Of a stretch of 64,000 bases of DNA, positions 51,716 to 64,000 are shown piece after piece. The position numbers were made by a program, and so were the translations under genes. The notes under the pieces were generated by a model, which saw nothing but the letters and a program-made list of their open reading frames with translations, was not told the DNA's origin and did no database searches. Source of the stretch: Glaucostegus cemiculus (Eukaryota). The number at the start of each line of letters is the position of its first letter. The first letter of the stretch is position 1. The DNA lies in assembly GCA_976551045.1 (NCBI GenBank), contig CDPCPM010000370.1, forward strand, positions 1,302,001 to 1,366,000, given 5' to 3'.

Positions 51716-52969
51716 ATTCTTTGTAAATTTAACGATCAACTCACATTCACTTTGACTTTATTCCAGCAAGTTGTCGTGAATAGAAATATTTTCAGTGGAG
51801 GAAAAGTGGTGATTTCCACAGATCAAATATCACAGATCCACAGATCCTTGCAGTTATTCGATGTTCCTGACCTGAAGTCTTTCGCCTCAAATTTACAATT
51901 TCTGAATTTGTATATAAAATAAACCTTCACAATGGTTTAAACTGCGTAGGGGAAGCTGCGCAGAAGGATCTCTGCAGGCTGGAGGGATTGGCAGACGCGT
52001 TGCCAGATGACGTTACACGACGGAAATGTAAGGGGTCCATTTGGGTCGCGAGATTGAGGAGAAAAACATCGGGTAAAATATACTTTTCCGAAATGGTTGC
52101 CGGAGACGATGGACTTGGGGGAACGTGAGCTGATGGATATGGCAGGACAGTTTTAGAATGCAGGAAGAAAGATACGCAGAGACTCTTGTTTTGTTATTAC
52201 AGCCATAACAGTTACAAACCAATAAGTTCTGCTTGTTCTTCTTGGGGCACTTTCTGGCCTGAATTGGATTGCGGGCTGTTCAGTTCGGGATTCCTCATTT
52301 CATAGGAAAGCGGTAAATGTCTTTGGAGAGCCAAGTCATATTTATGAGAAAGCCTCTGTTGCTGCGGTACAATTGAGCAAGAAGACCTGGACTGTTTTCT
52401 TCAGACATAAGCTCAGAGGGAGTTCTTCAGAGAAGAGTAAAAACTCACAGGGAGTGGTGTGGTTGGCGTGTTCCGGACAGAGTGGATAGATGTAAACTGC
52501 TCCCTTGAGCGAAGAGATGGTATAATAGAAGACACAGAGACAACATCGAGGTTAAGTTAGTGAGAGTGACATAAGCAAATGAAGACGGAAGGTTGGCGTT
52601 CTGATACACACCTTCATTTATTTTGGAAAAAAAGTGAGTTACGAGCTCAAGAAAACCCTAATCATTATCTAGGTGCCCCGTGTGAATGTCTGTCATCCCA
52701 AACCGGGTGTTAGTTTATCTGCAGCAACGCCAACTACCGCTGAAAGTACTCCACGTTATTGTTCCTCTTTCCCAGTCCCTTCCTATCTGCATCCGTGATA
52801 CTTCGAATATTTCTCACCAACCAGATTTCCAGCATCTACAGTATCTCGTGTGTCTCCAGTTGGTTTCTTCTTGGCTGGACTCAACGGCAGGCGCAGTTAA
52901 ATTCTCTGTTAACTAGTTCTGCCTCCATCTATAACCAATGGCCATGCCTTCCGTTCTCACTACTCTGGA

Positions 52970-53150
52970 AGGACAAACTCCAAGGCGGAGTACAAAGTTA
53001 ATGGCAGGATTCTGGGTAGTGCGGAGGAGCAAAGGGATCTCGGGATTCATATCCGCAGATCCATAAAACTTGCCTCACAGGTGGATAGGGTAGTTAAGAA
53101 AGCTTATGGGATGTTAGCATTCATCAGTCGCGGGATCGAGCTTCAAGAGC
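52970..53150 (+). mobile_element. Short CR1 fragment
   Basis: YKVNGRILGSAEEQRDLGIHI..QVDRVVKKAYGMLAFISRGIE. Confidence 0.85.
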
Positions 53151-53879
53151 CTTCTATTTTTTTTTTAAGTTTTTAAGTTAATTTTAAGTTAAATTAGGAG
53201 CTCCTGCCCCTGTAGAGCTGTGAAATGTTTGACACCGGCAGGATATGGGAAAGAGAGAAGTGGACTGAGAGGAAATGTGAATCAATCTAAAGACCAGATC
53301 AGTAAAAATGTTCATAAAACAGTCAGATATATTACCTTGGGCTAACGGGATCCAGGGATTTGCGGAGTCAGCAGAGGGGAATAAATTTGGACGATTATCC
53401 TTGATAGGTTTAATGGCGAAGCAGGCTGGCGGAGGTGATGGCCCGACCCGGCAATGTTTCCTGTGCTCCTTGTTCTTATTTATAACAGGCATACTACACC
53501 TAGATATACGAACAGGTAAACTCCCTGTGTCTTCTGCAAGACTGCAATGGGAAGCAACGTTAGTAATGGTATTATTTTATTTCATAAATAAACACCTCAC
53601 AATTGAGCTGTTAATTTATTGTTGTTCGCGCTCTTCACGGCATGATTAATGTTCCAGTCTTTGATGTCATTACAAGTGAAATGCATTGGGAAAAAGTCTG
53701 ATAAAGAATGGCATGATTACTTTAAACTATATACCCATCCACACATAGCCTACATCTATCTCTACTTTAAATTCTGTGCACAAAGTCTGCACTTCATTTT
53801 CAGCTCACAGCGTAACCTACATGAAATATCTGCGGATTCTGTGCAGGAAAATCAATGAGCTGATTCGAGCCTGATCCTC

Positions 53880-56800
53880 AGAGAGAGAAAATCACCGCTG
53901 GTGAATGGGACCAACAAAAATACAAGCTGGCACAGCAACAATCTCTCATATTGCCAGTACACTTTCCATTTTATTAGACGGTGCATCATTCCAATTGAAT
54001 TGCTAATAGAATGAATTATGGGCGAGTGAAAACTGGGCCGCTGGAATTCAATTGGATTAACTGTCGAAGCTGCAATGGGTATCATAGACTCTATTACTGC
54101 TTTGCATCCGAGTTTGGAGATGATATCACAAATAGCCAGAAGGGAACTCAGATACTGGGAATAATTAGGATTCTAACAACACACATTCAGCATCCCTTCC
54201 TGATGACTGAAGGCCAACAATGTCGCGATTGTTCCTCACACGTACATTGACCCTCTGTCGATGAGTGAACTCGTCTGTGTGAAGACCAGTGGGCGTATGC
54301 AAATCGTTATTTGTGAAAATATGAAACTTGGTTGGAACGAACACTGGGGTCTGGAATACGTGTTCTTCAGTCAGAAAACGTTCCGAGCCATACAGAGTCA
54401 GAATGTCCCCATATGACATCCTGAACCAGTCAACTCTCAACCAACATTGATTACTGAGATTAACAGGAATGCTTTCTTCGCCCAGTCTATTCCTTGAGGG
54501 GGTACGTTGATCCTAACAGCGTGAAGATTTAATTACATGCCACAAATATAAATTATGTCGTATATATATATGTCAAAAAGAACCGTTGATTGCTACCAAT
54601 CAAATGATTGCTACCAAAAAAAATGATCGCATAAATCCAAACTGAGTTTGCTCATCATTTGTGCTCCAGTCACTTTGAGGGCAGTAACAAAACTGGTGAG
54701 TTACAGAGTGATCTCAATCAACACTGTTCCTTGAAATGTTCGAGGGCTAGGAAGCTTTGATTACATACAGAATAATCTTCCCACAATTACATTCCATCAT
54801 GTACTTCCAGGGCAGGATAAGACTTGATCTGATACAGGGTCATGATGCATTGAAGTAATATCATGAAATCGGCCGCGGCAGGGGTTGTTCCCTCAACACT
54901 CAATTAAACACTTCACGGCAAAAGGAGCACAGAAAAATTGCATTCCGTTCAGAGTGAGGATCCAACACATATCCTATCAAGTATGCATAAAAAAGAAAGC
55001 GGATGAGACAGCGAATACCATGTCTTCCACAACACCTCATCAGCCATTTTTATGGGTGACAGACAGAATAAAACACCCTCTTCTATGCCCCGAAAATGCT
55101 TTGCCAGGGCAGAGAACAAACAAGATCAATAAGGCTAAACAACTTCGTATATCCCGTCTCATCAAACACTCGCAGGGCAATTAGAAATTGGATCAGATTC
55201 AGGACTTCGTTTCGTGTGTTAATTCAATGCATAGTTCACATATTATTGCAAATATCCTGCAGTACATTCCCATTAAATCAATTGAAGGTATGAGATTCTG
55301 ACAGAGAAATCTTTCCCTCAGGCATTGGCTTTTGACACTTGGGTAAAAGCATTGATGAAACACATGGCAGATAGGATAACAAAAGTGGAGATATGGAGTG
55401 ACCTGGCCAGGCAGGAAGTACCTACGTTCTCGCATTCAGTATGTTTCCAGTCTCGGTGATTACTGGCAGTTTTAACCAATCTGAGCCTGCATGTGATCCC
55501 CATTTTATTTTCTTCTCTTCACAGAGGATTATCTGAAACATTAACCATTGCACATAGATTGCCTGAAGATTTTCATCTCTCTCTCTCTAATTCTGTTCTG
55601 TGCTGGCGGGGACAATTTTATTCTGTTTCTGTCTCTCTGTGTTTTAATCTGGAATTTCTATTTTTGAGATTATTTACATCAATGTCTACGTCGCGTCCAG
55701 CTGTACTCACGGCTGAAGTAAACACATCGATATAGTTCTTTATTGAAATGCTTAAAGTGTTTTAAGATTATTAACTGCTGGTGCAAAATGGCCTTAGATT
55801 TTCGAACTGTGACAACAGATTTTGTTTTGTGCAACAGAATAAACTATGATTTACCTCCATTGGAATAACAGGAGCATTGAACGGTCTGTTCTGCGAGTTC
55901 CCCAGCCGAGTTCAATGCGACACTTTGAAGCAGGTTACTGTTCCACTGGATGAACATGTCGAGAAACTGTTCCACATTTAATCTTAGCAACTTCAATCTT
56001 TGCCAGAGTACAGTCAACCATAACTTATAACACCTCGTCTTTTAACCACCAAAGACTTTATTACAAAAATGTTTTTATTTGGAAAGAAAGTATCAAATTC
56101 GTCAACGGCCGTGATCCCAAAACATTATGCAGCGATTTCTGTGGGTATTGAAATGTGTCCGTCATCAGAATATAGCAAAATACTCTGCACTGTATCACAG
56201 CAAGCTCCCATAAGCAACTTGCAATTGTCTTATATATATATTACCGGCGATAGAAAACAACAAATACAATTGGACATGTGAAAATGGCGATGGTTTGGTA
56301 CAATGTAACCAGCGGAACAAACTAATCCAGGGCTTTGTCGCACGATTGCTTGCAGGTCCGTGTCACGGTTTAATTTTAAATAGGTCTATATTGCATGGTA
56401 ACAGAACGGAAACAGAGCCGAACTTGACCATGCTGATGTTACTGTACAAGATCCTATAATCGAAAATATGATACTTGTTCTTCGCTGAGCTATCACTGAA
56501 TTAGTATCTGTGAAGATTTTCATTGCACTTGACATTGTCTGAGTTCAAGCAAAATAAAGTCCTTCCACTCTTTTTATCAGACCAGACCTTAACTGCTTTA
56601 TCACTGCATTATCCACTCTTTGCAAAGACAATACTCTCTATGAATATGATACTGTGAACCCATTCCCTCTTTCCACAAACAAAACGTGCCACTATTTAAC
56701 CCTTCCTTCTGGTCACATCAACTTTACCCTTGTTATTTTATTGCATCAGTCCATGTCACTGTTGATATTACTCTCAATCCTGCCCTTGTTTACGTTTTAC

Positions 56801-58650
56801 CCCTGTTTGAATTTACGTTTCTTTTTATATTCATATTAACCTGGACGTTCTTTTTGTAAATTACACAAGATCCTATGTTTGCTAAACTTCACTGGATACA
56901 ATCCCTAAAATATTGCGTTGTCTTTTGTTATCTTTTACACGATTTTTCCGATTTAGTCATTTGTTTTATTATGTTTTCTTGTTTTTCAGAAAAATATATT
57001 ATGATGCTATTTATGCAAGAGCCAACTATCTTAATTGAAATTATAGTCGACCCATTCTCTGCTGAAATTACATGATCTGTAATTACGTATTACTGTTACA
57101 TACCTTCCTGACCAAGCATCTAATATAAATGCCTGACTGTACATGGAACAGGAAGACAGAGAGGACACCAATTAAACATTTTATCTGCAAGGCACCAGCT
57201 CTCTTGGGGCATTTCCCAGCAGATACGGCGCTGAGGTAGCAAACTGGCGTCTGCTTCCAGCCATGGAAATGGAACCCAAGATCCCTACCGAGCTCAGACT
57301 GACTCCGTCCATCTCTTATTTACCGTTTCGTAAAAGCGCCAGAGTCAGTTCACCAGTGAATTCGGATTTCTATTGCAGTAGGTGTTAATGTGTTACTTGA
57401 CATCAGTCAAAAGCAAAATCATCAACAATCCCGATCTACAGACCACGAATATGGGGTTCCTAATTTATTTTTCTATTTTGTTTAACTATTGATACCGACT
57501 GTGTTGAGAACACAGGATTCGGCATGATGTTCAAAGTTGCAGCACCGTCTGCCTCTCGTTTCACTGGATTGTTATGAAAAGTCCTGTGATTCCAATCGCA
57601 GAGCTTACCTCTTCAATAATTATTCCAGATACAGTAGCTGTAGGTATTCAATAGCCGCATTTTACCACAACTGCCACTGCCTCTCTTCGTCTAACTGTTG
57701 CACAATGTCTCACATCTTCCCTCTTGTACATAAATTCACAGTTACTGTGTCATGGAATGTGAGTAACTCATTGCATCATATTAGGCCCAGTTTCTTGTGA
57801 TAATAAACAAGGCTCTGTAAGTATACACCATATTGTGCCCTCTCTGACGTATCGCCGGCCCAGTTATTTTTTTATATTCACCGAGACGCTTTCTCAATTC
57901 ACAGGCCTTGAGCTATTTTTGTTACCTGTTTATATTAAATCAAATATTGGCGCATTGGATATTTCTGCTCATTTGTAACAACTTCCAAATGTGCTCCTGT
58001 AAAATACGCAACGAAACCAATTCCCTCCATTCATTGGAAATACACAGCATTTCAGTTGGTGTGATGGCCGCACAGGACTCAGATTTAAAAAAAAACAATC
58101 TTTGCTTGTTGTAATTATGTGGCCAGTCCAACTCTCCACCAATTGCGCCTACGTCCTGTTGCAAGCCAGTGCGTGGGCACGGTTTCATATCACGATGTGG
58201 GCATTAGGACCCTGTGGATTCTCAATATTTCGTAAAACGTTGGAAGCTCCCATTCGGAAATCGGGCACAAGGAGCCTGATGGTGCTGCCCTCTCATGTTG
58301 CAAATAGTTGGTTTCAGGACTCTGGATTTTGTGTTCTCTTTAGCATACATTGTCTGCCCAGATGGTGGCGCTATGTGCTCATGGTGTCCATTTGTACCTG
58401 TTGATATCTCATCAGGCCTGTTTGTTTATATTTAGTAAATTGGGCCATGTGTTGTTTCACATTTCTCTCTACCTATTCCATTGTTCTCCTCAGAAAGTCT
58501 CTCGGGATTGAGGATGCCTTGCTTCCACTCTAGCCCGAGGATCACTGATCAGGCCATTGTGGGAAAGGTAGACACTTTCATAGCTGGGTCTGGAGGTGGC
58601 TTGGAGGTCAGTGAAGTTGTGTACTCTTTCCACAGCTTTCATAATGTTAT
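53880..58650 (+). repeat. Copy B of the unclassified ancient duplication
   Basis: Collinear with 29270-35380, lacking that copy's two CR1 insertions. Confidence 0.8.
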
Positions 58651-61600
58651 TCCGTCTCTGAGTACTCATTCAGAATCAGAATCAGTTTTTATTGTCACTT
58701 CGATATACACATACAGCATGTATGGGAGCGAAACACAGTACTCCACAGGTCAAGGAGCTGGCCACATTAAAAAATAAACAATGAGAGACACAAAGACAGA
58801 AGGACATTAACGACATTGGAATCGTAGAAACAAATAGAGACTCGAATAAACTTTTTTATAATGAACTCGCTGAAGCAGCCTTCATCGGGCATTTAAAGTG
58901 CTGGTGCATTTTTGTACGCCTAGCATCCTTTGGTGTTGGAGGGAGGGATGGAGGGATGAGGGAGTTCATGGTTCTTATTGCTTGTGGGAAAATAAACTAT
59001 TGCCCAGTGTGGTAGTCCTTGCCCGGATGCACTGGAGCCTTCTTCCGGATGGATTCCTATCCCAAATCATGTTACATTGGGCCCTGTACATCCAATATAT
59101 TTCAGGAATTGTCGCTCTATGTTGAACAACTTATTTTATCACTGTGCCTGCATTGCAATTACTAAAACATATTTATTTAAAATATGCTTGAGATACTGAA
59201 CACTCCCCCAGTCTGAATAACCCAAGTCTTGCAGCTGCTTTTTCAGATTAGTTCCAAGTGTGTTGCACTGCACTCTATCACTGTTTGTAATGTCACCAAG
59301 GCTCACTGATCTCCAAACGTACAAGTATGTTGCAGCACCCTATTTCTCTTTATATAATGTAATGCCTGTACCCACGGTTATATCTCTCCAGCCCAGCCCG
59401 GTGTATTTATCATGTTGCGCCCTGTCTCTGTGTTACAGATGGCCCTGTCCCTGTTTATATCACAGTGGTCCCTATCACTGTGCAGAGTAGACTCAGATGT
59501 CACGTTATTTTTCATTAGACAATTCCCCTTTAAATAATCTGATCTCATTATACTTGACTTCTGTGTATATTGCCATGGTCCCAGTCTCCAGTTATATTAT
59601 TTATGATCCTGAACCTGTGATTAACACGGTGATCTTCTTTTTTGTATCTGACACCACACATTTACTCTGCTAATATTACACAAACTCCACGATTACTTGC
59701 ATTTCACCTATTCTCCACGTAGCCCTGCTTTAGTGTAAATTTCAAGATGTCCTTTCACTATTAGGTCTACTCTTTTCATTTATTCAAACGGATTCTTTTA
59801 TCTGTTGACATTGCACAAGGTTCTCTTCCAACTGATCCAAGTTAAGGTCGTGATAACTTTCGTATTCGAATGGACCCTGTCTCTTTCCAAATGTCGCAAG
59901 ACGCTGTACTATTTCTCTCACTGTCTGCATGGCCGCTGTGCATATTATTCATGAACATGTTCCTTTTTATGTAACCAAATGCCATGAACATCAATATGTC
60001 AGATTAAATCTTGTCCTCAGTTAATAGCAAGCCTTAGTCTGCCGCTCCCTCACAAGGCCCTGTAATATTTCATGTCAGATTCGTCCTGCCTGTGCAATCT
60101 TGCACTGCAACATGTCTCTGATTCGCTTAATCCAGCTCTGACGACATTTAGATCCCTTTAGGTTCGATTTTGATTCTCTCACAGTGAATTCTATACTTAT
60201 GTCTGTTACTGTTAACCCTGCCAATCTTTGTATCACACAAGGCCATGCGAAACACTTCGTTATTTTTTTTCTCAGGGGTCTCTGGATTATTTGTTACCCA
60301 TCACTAAATGCTATTTAGAAGTGAGGGGGTGAGCTGGCTCCTTGAACAGAATTAGTCCTGCTGGTGAAGCTACTCCACGGCGCTGATGGCTATGGAGTTT
60401 ATTTCCAGCGAGAATGAAGGACTGGCGATGTAGTCCCAAGTCAGCGTAGTGTGGTATTTGTGGAGAAAATCAACGGGAGGTTGAATTACCGTTGAACTGA
60501 CGCCTTCTCCACCTGTGGGTCGTTGTCTTGTGATGTGCAGTTGGAAGATGCTGTGAATACACCACTGGATAACTTCTCTTAATGAGATGAGATTCTGATC
60601 TTGCCTCTGTACAAATTGGAGTTCTCCATACTTCTGAATATACTTTACACGGGCATGAAGCTGGCTATATTCTTGAAGTTATTGCCACTCTGTATAATAT
60701 TCTGTACAATACCTCCATCTATATTTGTCAGTGTCATGCAGCTGTTTCTGTCACATTGGGTCTTGTCTGTACAAACATTTCACCGCCGCTCGCCTGAAAG
60801 TACCCCAGACCCTGTGCTCAATAACATCAAATGAGCCCTTGCCTTTGTGCACCACAAACTTGTCCTTTTCTTTCTCTGCAATAAGCAAGGCTCTTTGATA
60901 GTTTGTTCCACAGAAGACCTCATTCCATATCTTCCAACTAGCACACACTCTGCTGAAACCACACAAGAATCTGGACCAGTTTCTTTAACTTCAATTCTTG
61001 CCAGTTTGCACAGGTTCTTTTTCACTCCTCACTTGATCTTCTGGTCCCTCTCTCTCTCTGACATCCGTGGGGCCTTGTATATTTGGGCGACCGTCCCATT
61101 CGACATGATCAGTGGACACTGTGTTCTCAAGCCTCTGTCTCTTTAATTCACACACGGCCTAGTGTGTATTTCTTTCGCATTAGCCCCTCTTACCATCTGT
61201 TGTCCTGGCAACTGCCACTGTGCATATCACACTAGGCCAAGAACCAGTTATTTATTTTTTTCTTTTGGATTATGTCTTTTACCTGTCGATGTTGTGTTTG
61301 GTCACACGACGTCGTGATGTTTGCTGATTCTGGTCTTTATATGCCCTATTCTCACAACCTTTACGTTCCGTCAGGTCACGTGACTGTCCGAACCGTGGTG
61401 GAATTTGTCGCAAAATTATGTGGACTTTGTCTCCGTCACCATGACATAATGACCTAAGCATTTCGACACAATCTTAGGCCATGACACTTGTGTATATGTT
61501 TCTGGATCCACTCAAAATCTGAAGCATTCAGGCCCTGGTCCTGGTTATGTCACACTTGTCTCTGTCTCTGTATATCGCAGGGCTACCCCACTCGTCATAT

Positions 61601-61667
61601 TTTATTCGGCCAGTTAACTCTCTATATCACGTGGGAATGACCACAGTCCTCTCACTTCTTCTCACAC

Positions 61668-61785
61668 TATCTATCTATCTATCTGCAGCTATCCATCTAT
61701 CTATCCATCTATCTATGTATCTATCTATCTTTCTGTCTATCTATCTATCTATCTATCTACGTATCTATCTATCCATGTAGCCATC
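61668..61785 (+). repeat. (TATC)n microsatellite running into a gap
   Basis: Direct reading. Confidence 0.9.
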
Positions 61786-61918
61786 NNNNNNNNNNNNNNN
61801 NNNNNNNNNNNNNNNNNNNNNNNNNNNNNNNNNNNNNNNNNNNNNNNNNNNNNNNNNNNNNNNNNNNNNNNNNNNNNNNNNNNNNNNNNNNNNNNNNNNN
61901 NNNNNNNNNNNNNNNNNN
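61786..61918. other. Assembly gap or masked run
   Basis: N run. Confidence 1.
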
Positions 61919-62626
61919 GCTCCCTACCCCCAACCTATGCAAGACAAAATATATCTATTGCTGTTATGACGGGCTTCGGAAAAAAATATGGGTCCAATTC
62001 TGGAGAATGTGCATGTGATAGCGCATGAGGAAAACGATCCGATGACAAAAAGTGACAGTAAAAATAGGACTGGCCGAATAAAATTGTATGGCATCGTTTT
62101 AATAATAAAAACAAACTTAAATAACAAAGTAGGTGACCTGGCGATTGAAGTGCAAGGCATACAAGTAAAATCTTGCACGGCAGCGGATGTTCCTAATGCA
62201 GTATAATATTTTATTCATGTATGGAATTGGCAGTATTCGATAAGTTTAGAGAATTAATCTGAACTGTTATTTTCAGGGTGCTAAATCCACAAGGTGATCA
62301 GCAGTTGGATGCTTAACGAACGGTCGCCTAAATGAGCGTCATAGTTGAACATCACTTGTCAACAAACACCTCTTTGTTCAACATCCTGAAAATAATGTTC
62401 GCTCAGAAATATCTTAGTTGTTCTTCAATATTTTGGTTTTATTTGAATCTGTCACTGTTTCTGTTTGCTGTACTGTTCACTTTTCACTGGTGCCCTTTGG
62501 CGGGAGTACAACCTTCTGTCATGGGATTGATTCACTGGAGCCATCATTCAGACTTGTGACGTGGCATTTGAAGACTGCTGGAAATGCAGAGATGAACAGA
62601 TATACAGACAACCCGACAGACAGACA

Positions 62627-62789
62627 NNNNNNNNNNNNNNNNNNNNNNNNNNNNNNNNNNNNNNNNNNNNNNNNNNNNNNNNNNNNNNNNNNNNNNNNNN
62701 NNNNNNNNNNNNNNNNNNNNNNNNNNNNNNNNNNNNNNNNNNNNNNNNNNNNNNNNNNNNNNNNNNNNNNNNNNNNNNNNNNNNNNNNN
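62627..62789. other. Assembly gap or masked run
   Basis: N run flanked by GACA repeats. Confidence 1.
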
Positions 62790-62872
62790 AGACAGATGTC
62801 GCTTCCATTCCGCCTGTCGTGGTTGAATTTATAAAAGTTATAGACACACTTATTGCTCAGCCATTCTCTTCC

Positions 62873-63006
62873 ATAGATGCATAGATAGATAGACAGAAAG
62901 GTAGACAGAGGGAAGGACAGACAGACAAACAAATAGCTGGATAGCTAGATACATATATAGATATAGATAGATAGAAAGGTAGACAGACAGACAAATAGAT
63001 GGACAG
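62873..63006 (+). repeat. (GATA/GACA)n microsatellite
   Basis: Direct reading. Confidence 0.85.
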
Positions 63007-63212
63007 NNNNNNNNNNNNNNNNNNNNNNNNNNNNNNNNNNNNNNNNNNNNNNNNNNNNNNNNNNNNNNNNNNNNNNNNNNNNNNNNNNNNNNNNNNNNNN
63101 NNNNNNNNNNNNNNNNNNNNNNNNNNNNNNNNNNNNNNNNNNNNNNNNNNNNNNNNNNNNNNNNNNNNNNNNNNNNNNNNNNNNNNNNNNNNNNNNNNNN
63201 NNNNNNNNNNNN
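63007..63212. other. Assembly gap or masked run
   Basis: N run. Confidence 1.
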
Positions 63213-63350
63213 CAGATGTCAATGCCATTCCGCCTGCCGTGGTTGCACATAAAATTTGGTTCCAGAGAAGGCAAAAAAATCATTTTCCATTGTCAGGAAT
63301 CTAAATGGGTGTGAAAATCATATCACTGTGGTCTACACGTCAGTCACAGT

Positions 63351-63498
63351 TAGATTTACTGGTTCTCTTGATCTTGGCAAGAAAATCAGCTGGACAAGGA
63401 TTTCAAAGTGCAACTAACGACTCGACTGAGCATCACTGTGCACTGAGTTTCCGCACAGCTTCGTAGTACAAACCAGGGAGGGCGCTGTACAAGATGTG
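63351..63498 (+). pseudogene. Supporting-type Vdelta pseudogene, FR3 and dead RSS only
   Basis: RFTGSLDLGKKISW..(frameshift)..DSTEHHCALSF; spacer CAGGGAGGGCGCTG shared with 50096-50118, heptamer and nonamer degraded; flank 63680-64000 aligns with 50215-50530. Confidence 0.8.
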
Positions 63499-64000
63499 CA
63501 AGATGATCGAAACACAGCGACAGGGATCAAAGTGAGAGTCGAATACAGACTTCAGTGTGATGTATGTTGCAGAGGCCAGAGAAACAGAGGGAGAGATAAA
63601 AAGAGAAAGCGATAAATAGGGATGAAGCGCGAGAGAGAATTGGGACCTCTGGACACAGTGCGGCATGCGGAACGGAGGGTACGGACACATATTCCACACC
63701 AGTGCATAGCCCATTGCCAGAGCAGAAATGAGAAGTTCTTTTCATTTATTCTGCATGTTTCACTCCGTCCTGGAGATGCAGAGTGAATTCAAAATAATTA
63801 AATAAATTACAATGCAGATAACATTGTGACGTCCGAGCGGTGGCGGGAAGGTTGCGTCCATTCGCTCCCACAAACAAAAATGTGGCAAGAAGCAGATAAC
63901 AAACTTCAAGATGTTAATTCAAAATTCGATGTTGCCGGCACGTTCCAGATAATGGGCCTGCTTTTGGTTGTATCTATTCCTTGCACATCCACACCCCACC

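Noticed and set aside
9387-54305. Scattered ATGCAAAT/ATTTGCAT octamers (near 9387, 15275, 25203, 30937, 50998, 54297)
   Set aside because: None sits at a V promoter position and a handful is unremarkable in 64 kb of AT-rich DNA.
59461-59482. CACAGTG-GTCCCTAT-CACTGTG looks like a D segment
   Set aside because: No nonamers on either side; lies within the decayed CACTG-rich minisatellite.
63250-63272. Peptide KIWFQRR resembling a homeodomain helix 3
   Set aside because: Isolated short match lacking the invariant Asn and any other homeodomain sequence.

Overview
Eukaryotic DNA from a cartilaginous fish (elasmobranch, inferred from shark-type Ig/TCR segments, V-SINEs and CR1 LINEs). The window is an antigen-receptor region in which IgH and TCR-delta elements are interleaved. 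Left to right: (1) the TM1/TM2 end of a + strand IgM-type heavy chain, lying tail-to-tail with (2) a complete - strand IgM cluster (L-VH-D1-D2-JH-CH1-CH2-CH3-CH4/sec-TM1-TM2, 8635-23989), whose C exons are intact but whose VH and D1 RSSs look degraded; (3) an unrearranged - strand NAR-TCR cassette (L-V-D-J plus a leaderless supporting Vdelta, 37522-41209) pointing at the IgM D-J-C; (4) a head-to-head + strand NAR-TCR cassette whose NAR V domain is already VDJ-joined in the genomic sequence (one open V-CDR3-J exon, no RSS, leader intron kept), followed by a supporting Vdelta with a perfect 23-RSS; (5) two Vdelta pseudo-fragments. No TCR-delta D, J or C was recognised in the window. The rest is CR1, Rex1-like and Penelope-like elements, V-SINEs, mini/microsatellites, an unclassified ~5-6 kb ancient duplication and three N gaps. 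The best candidates for undescribed biology are the germline-joined NAR-TCR V domain and the possibility of NAR-TCR/IgM cis-hybrid rearrangement. Family assignments are from remembered motifs, not database searches.
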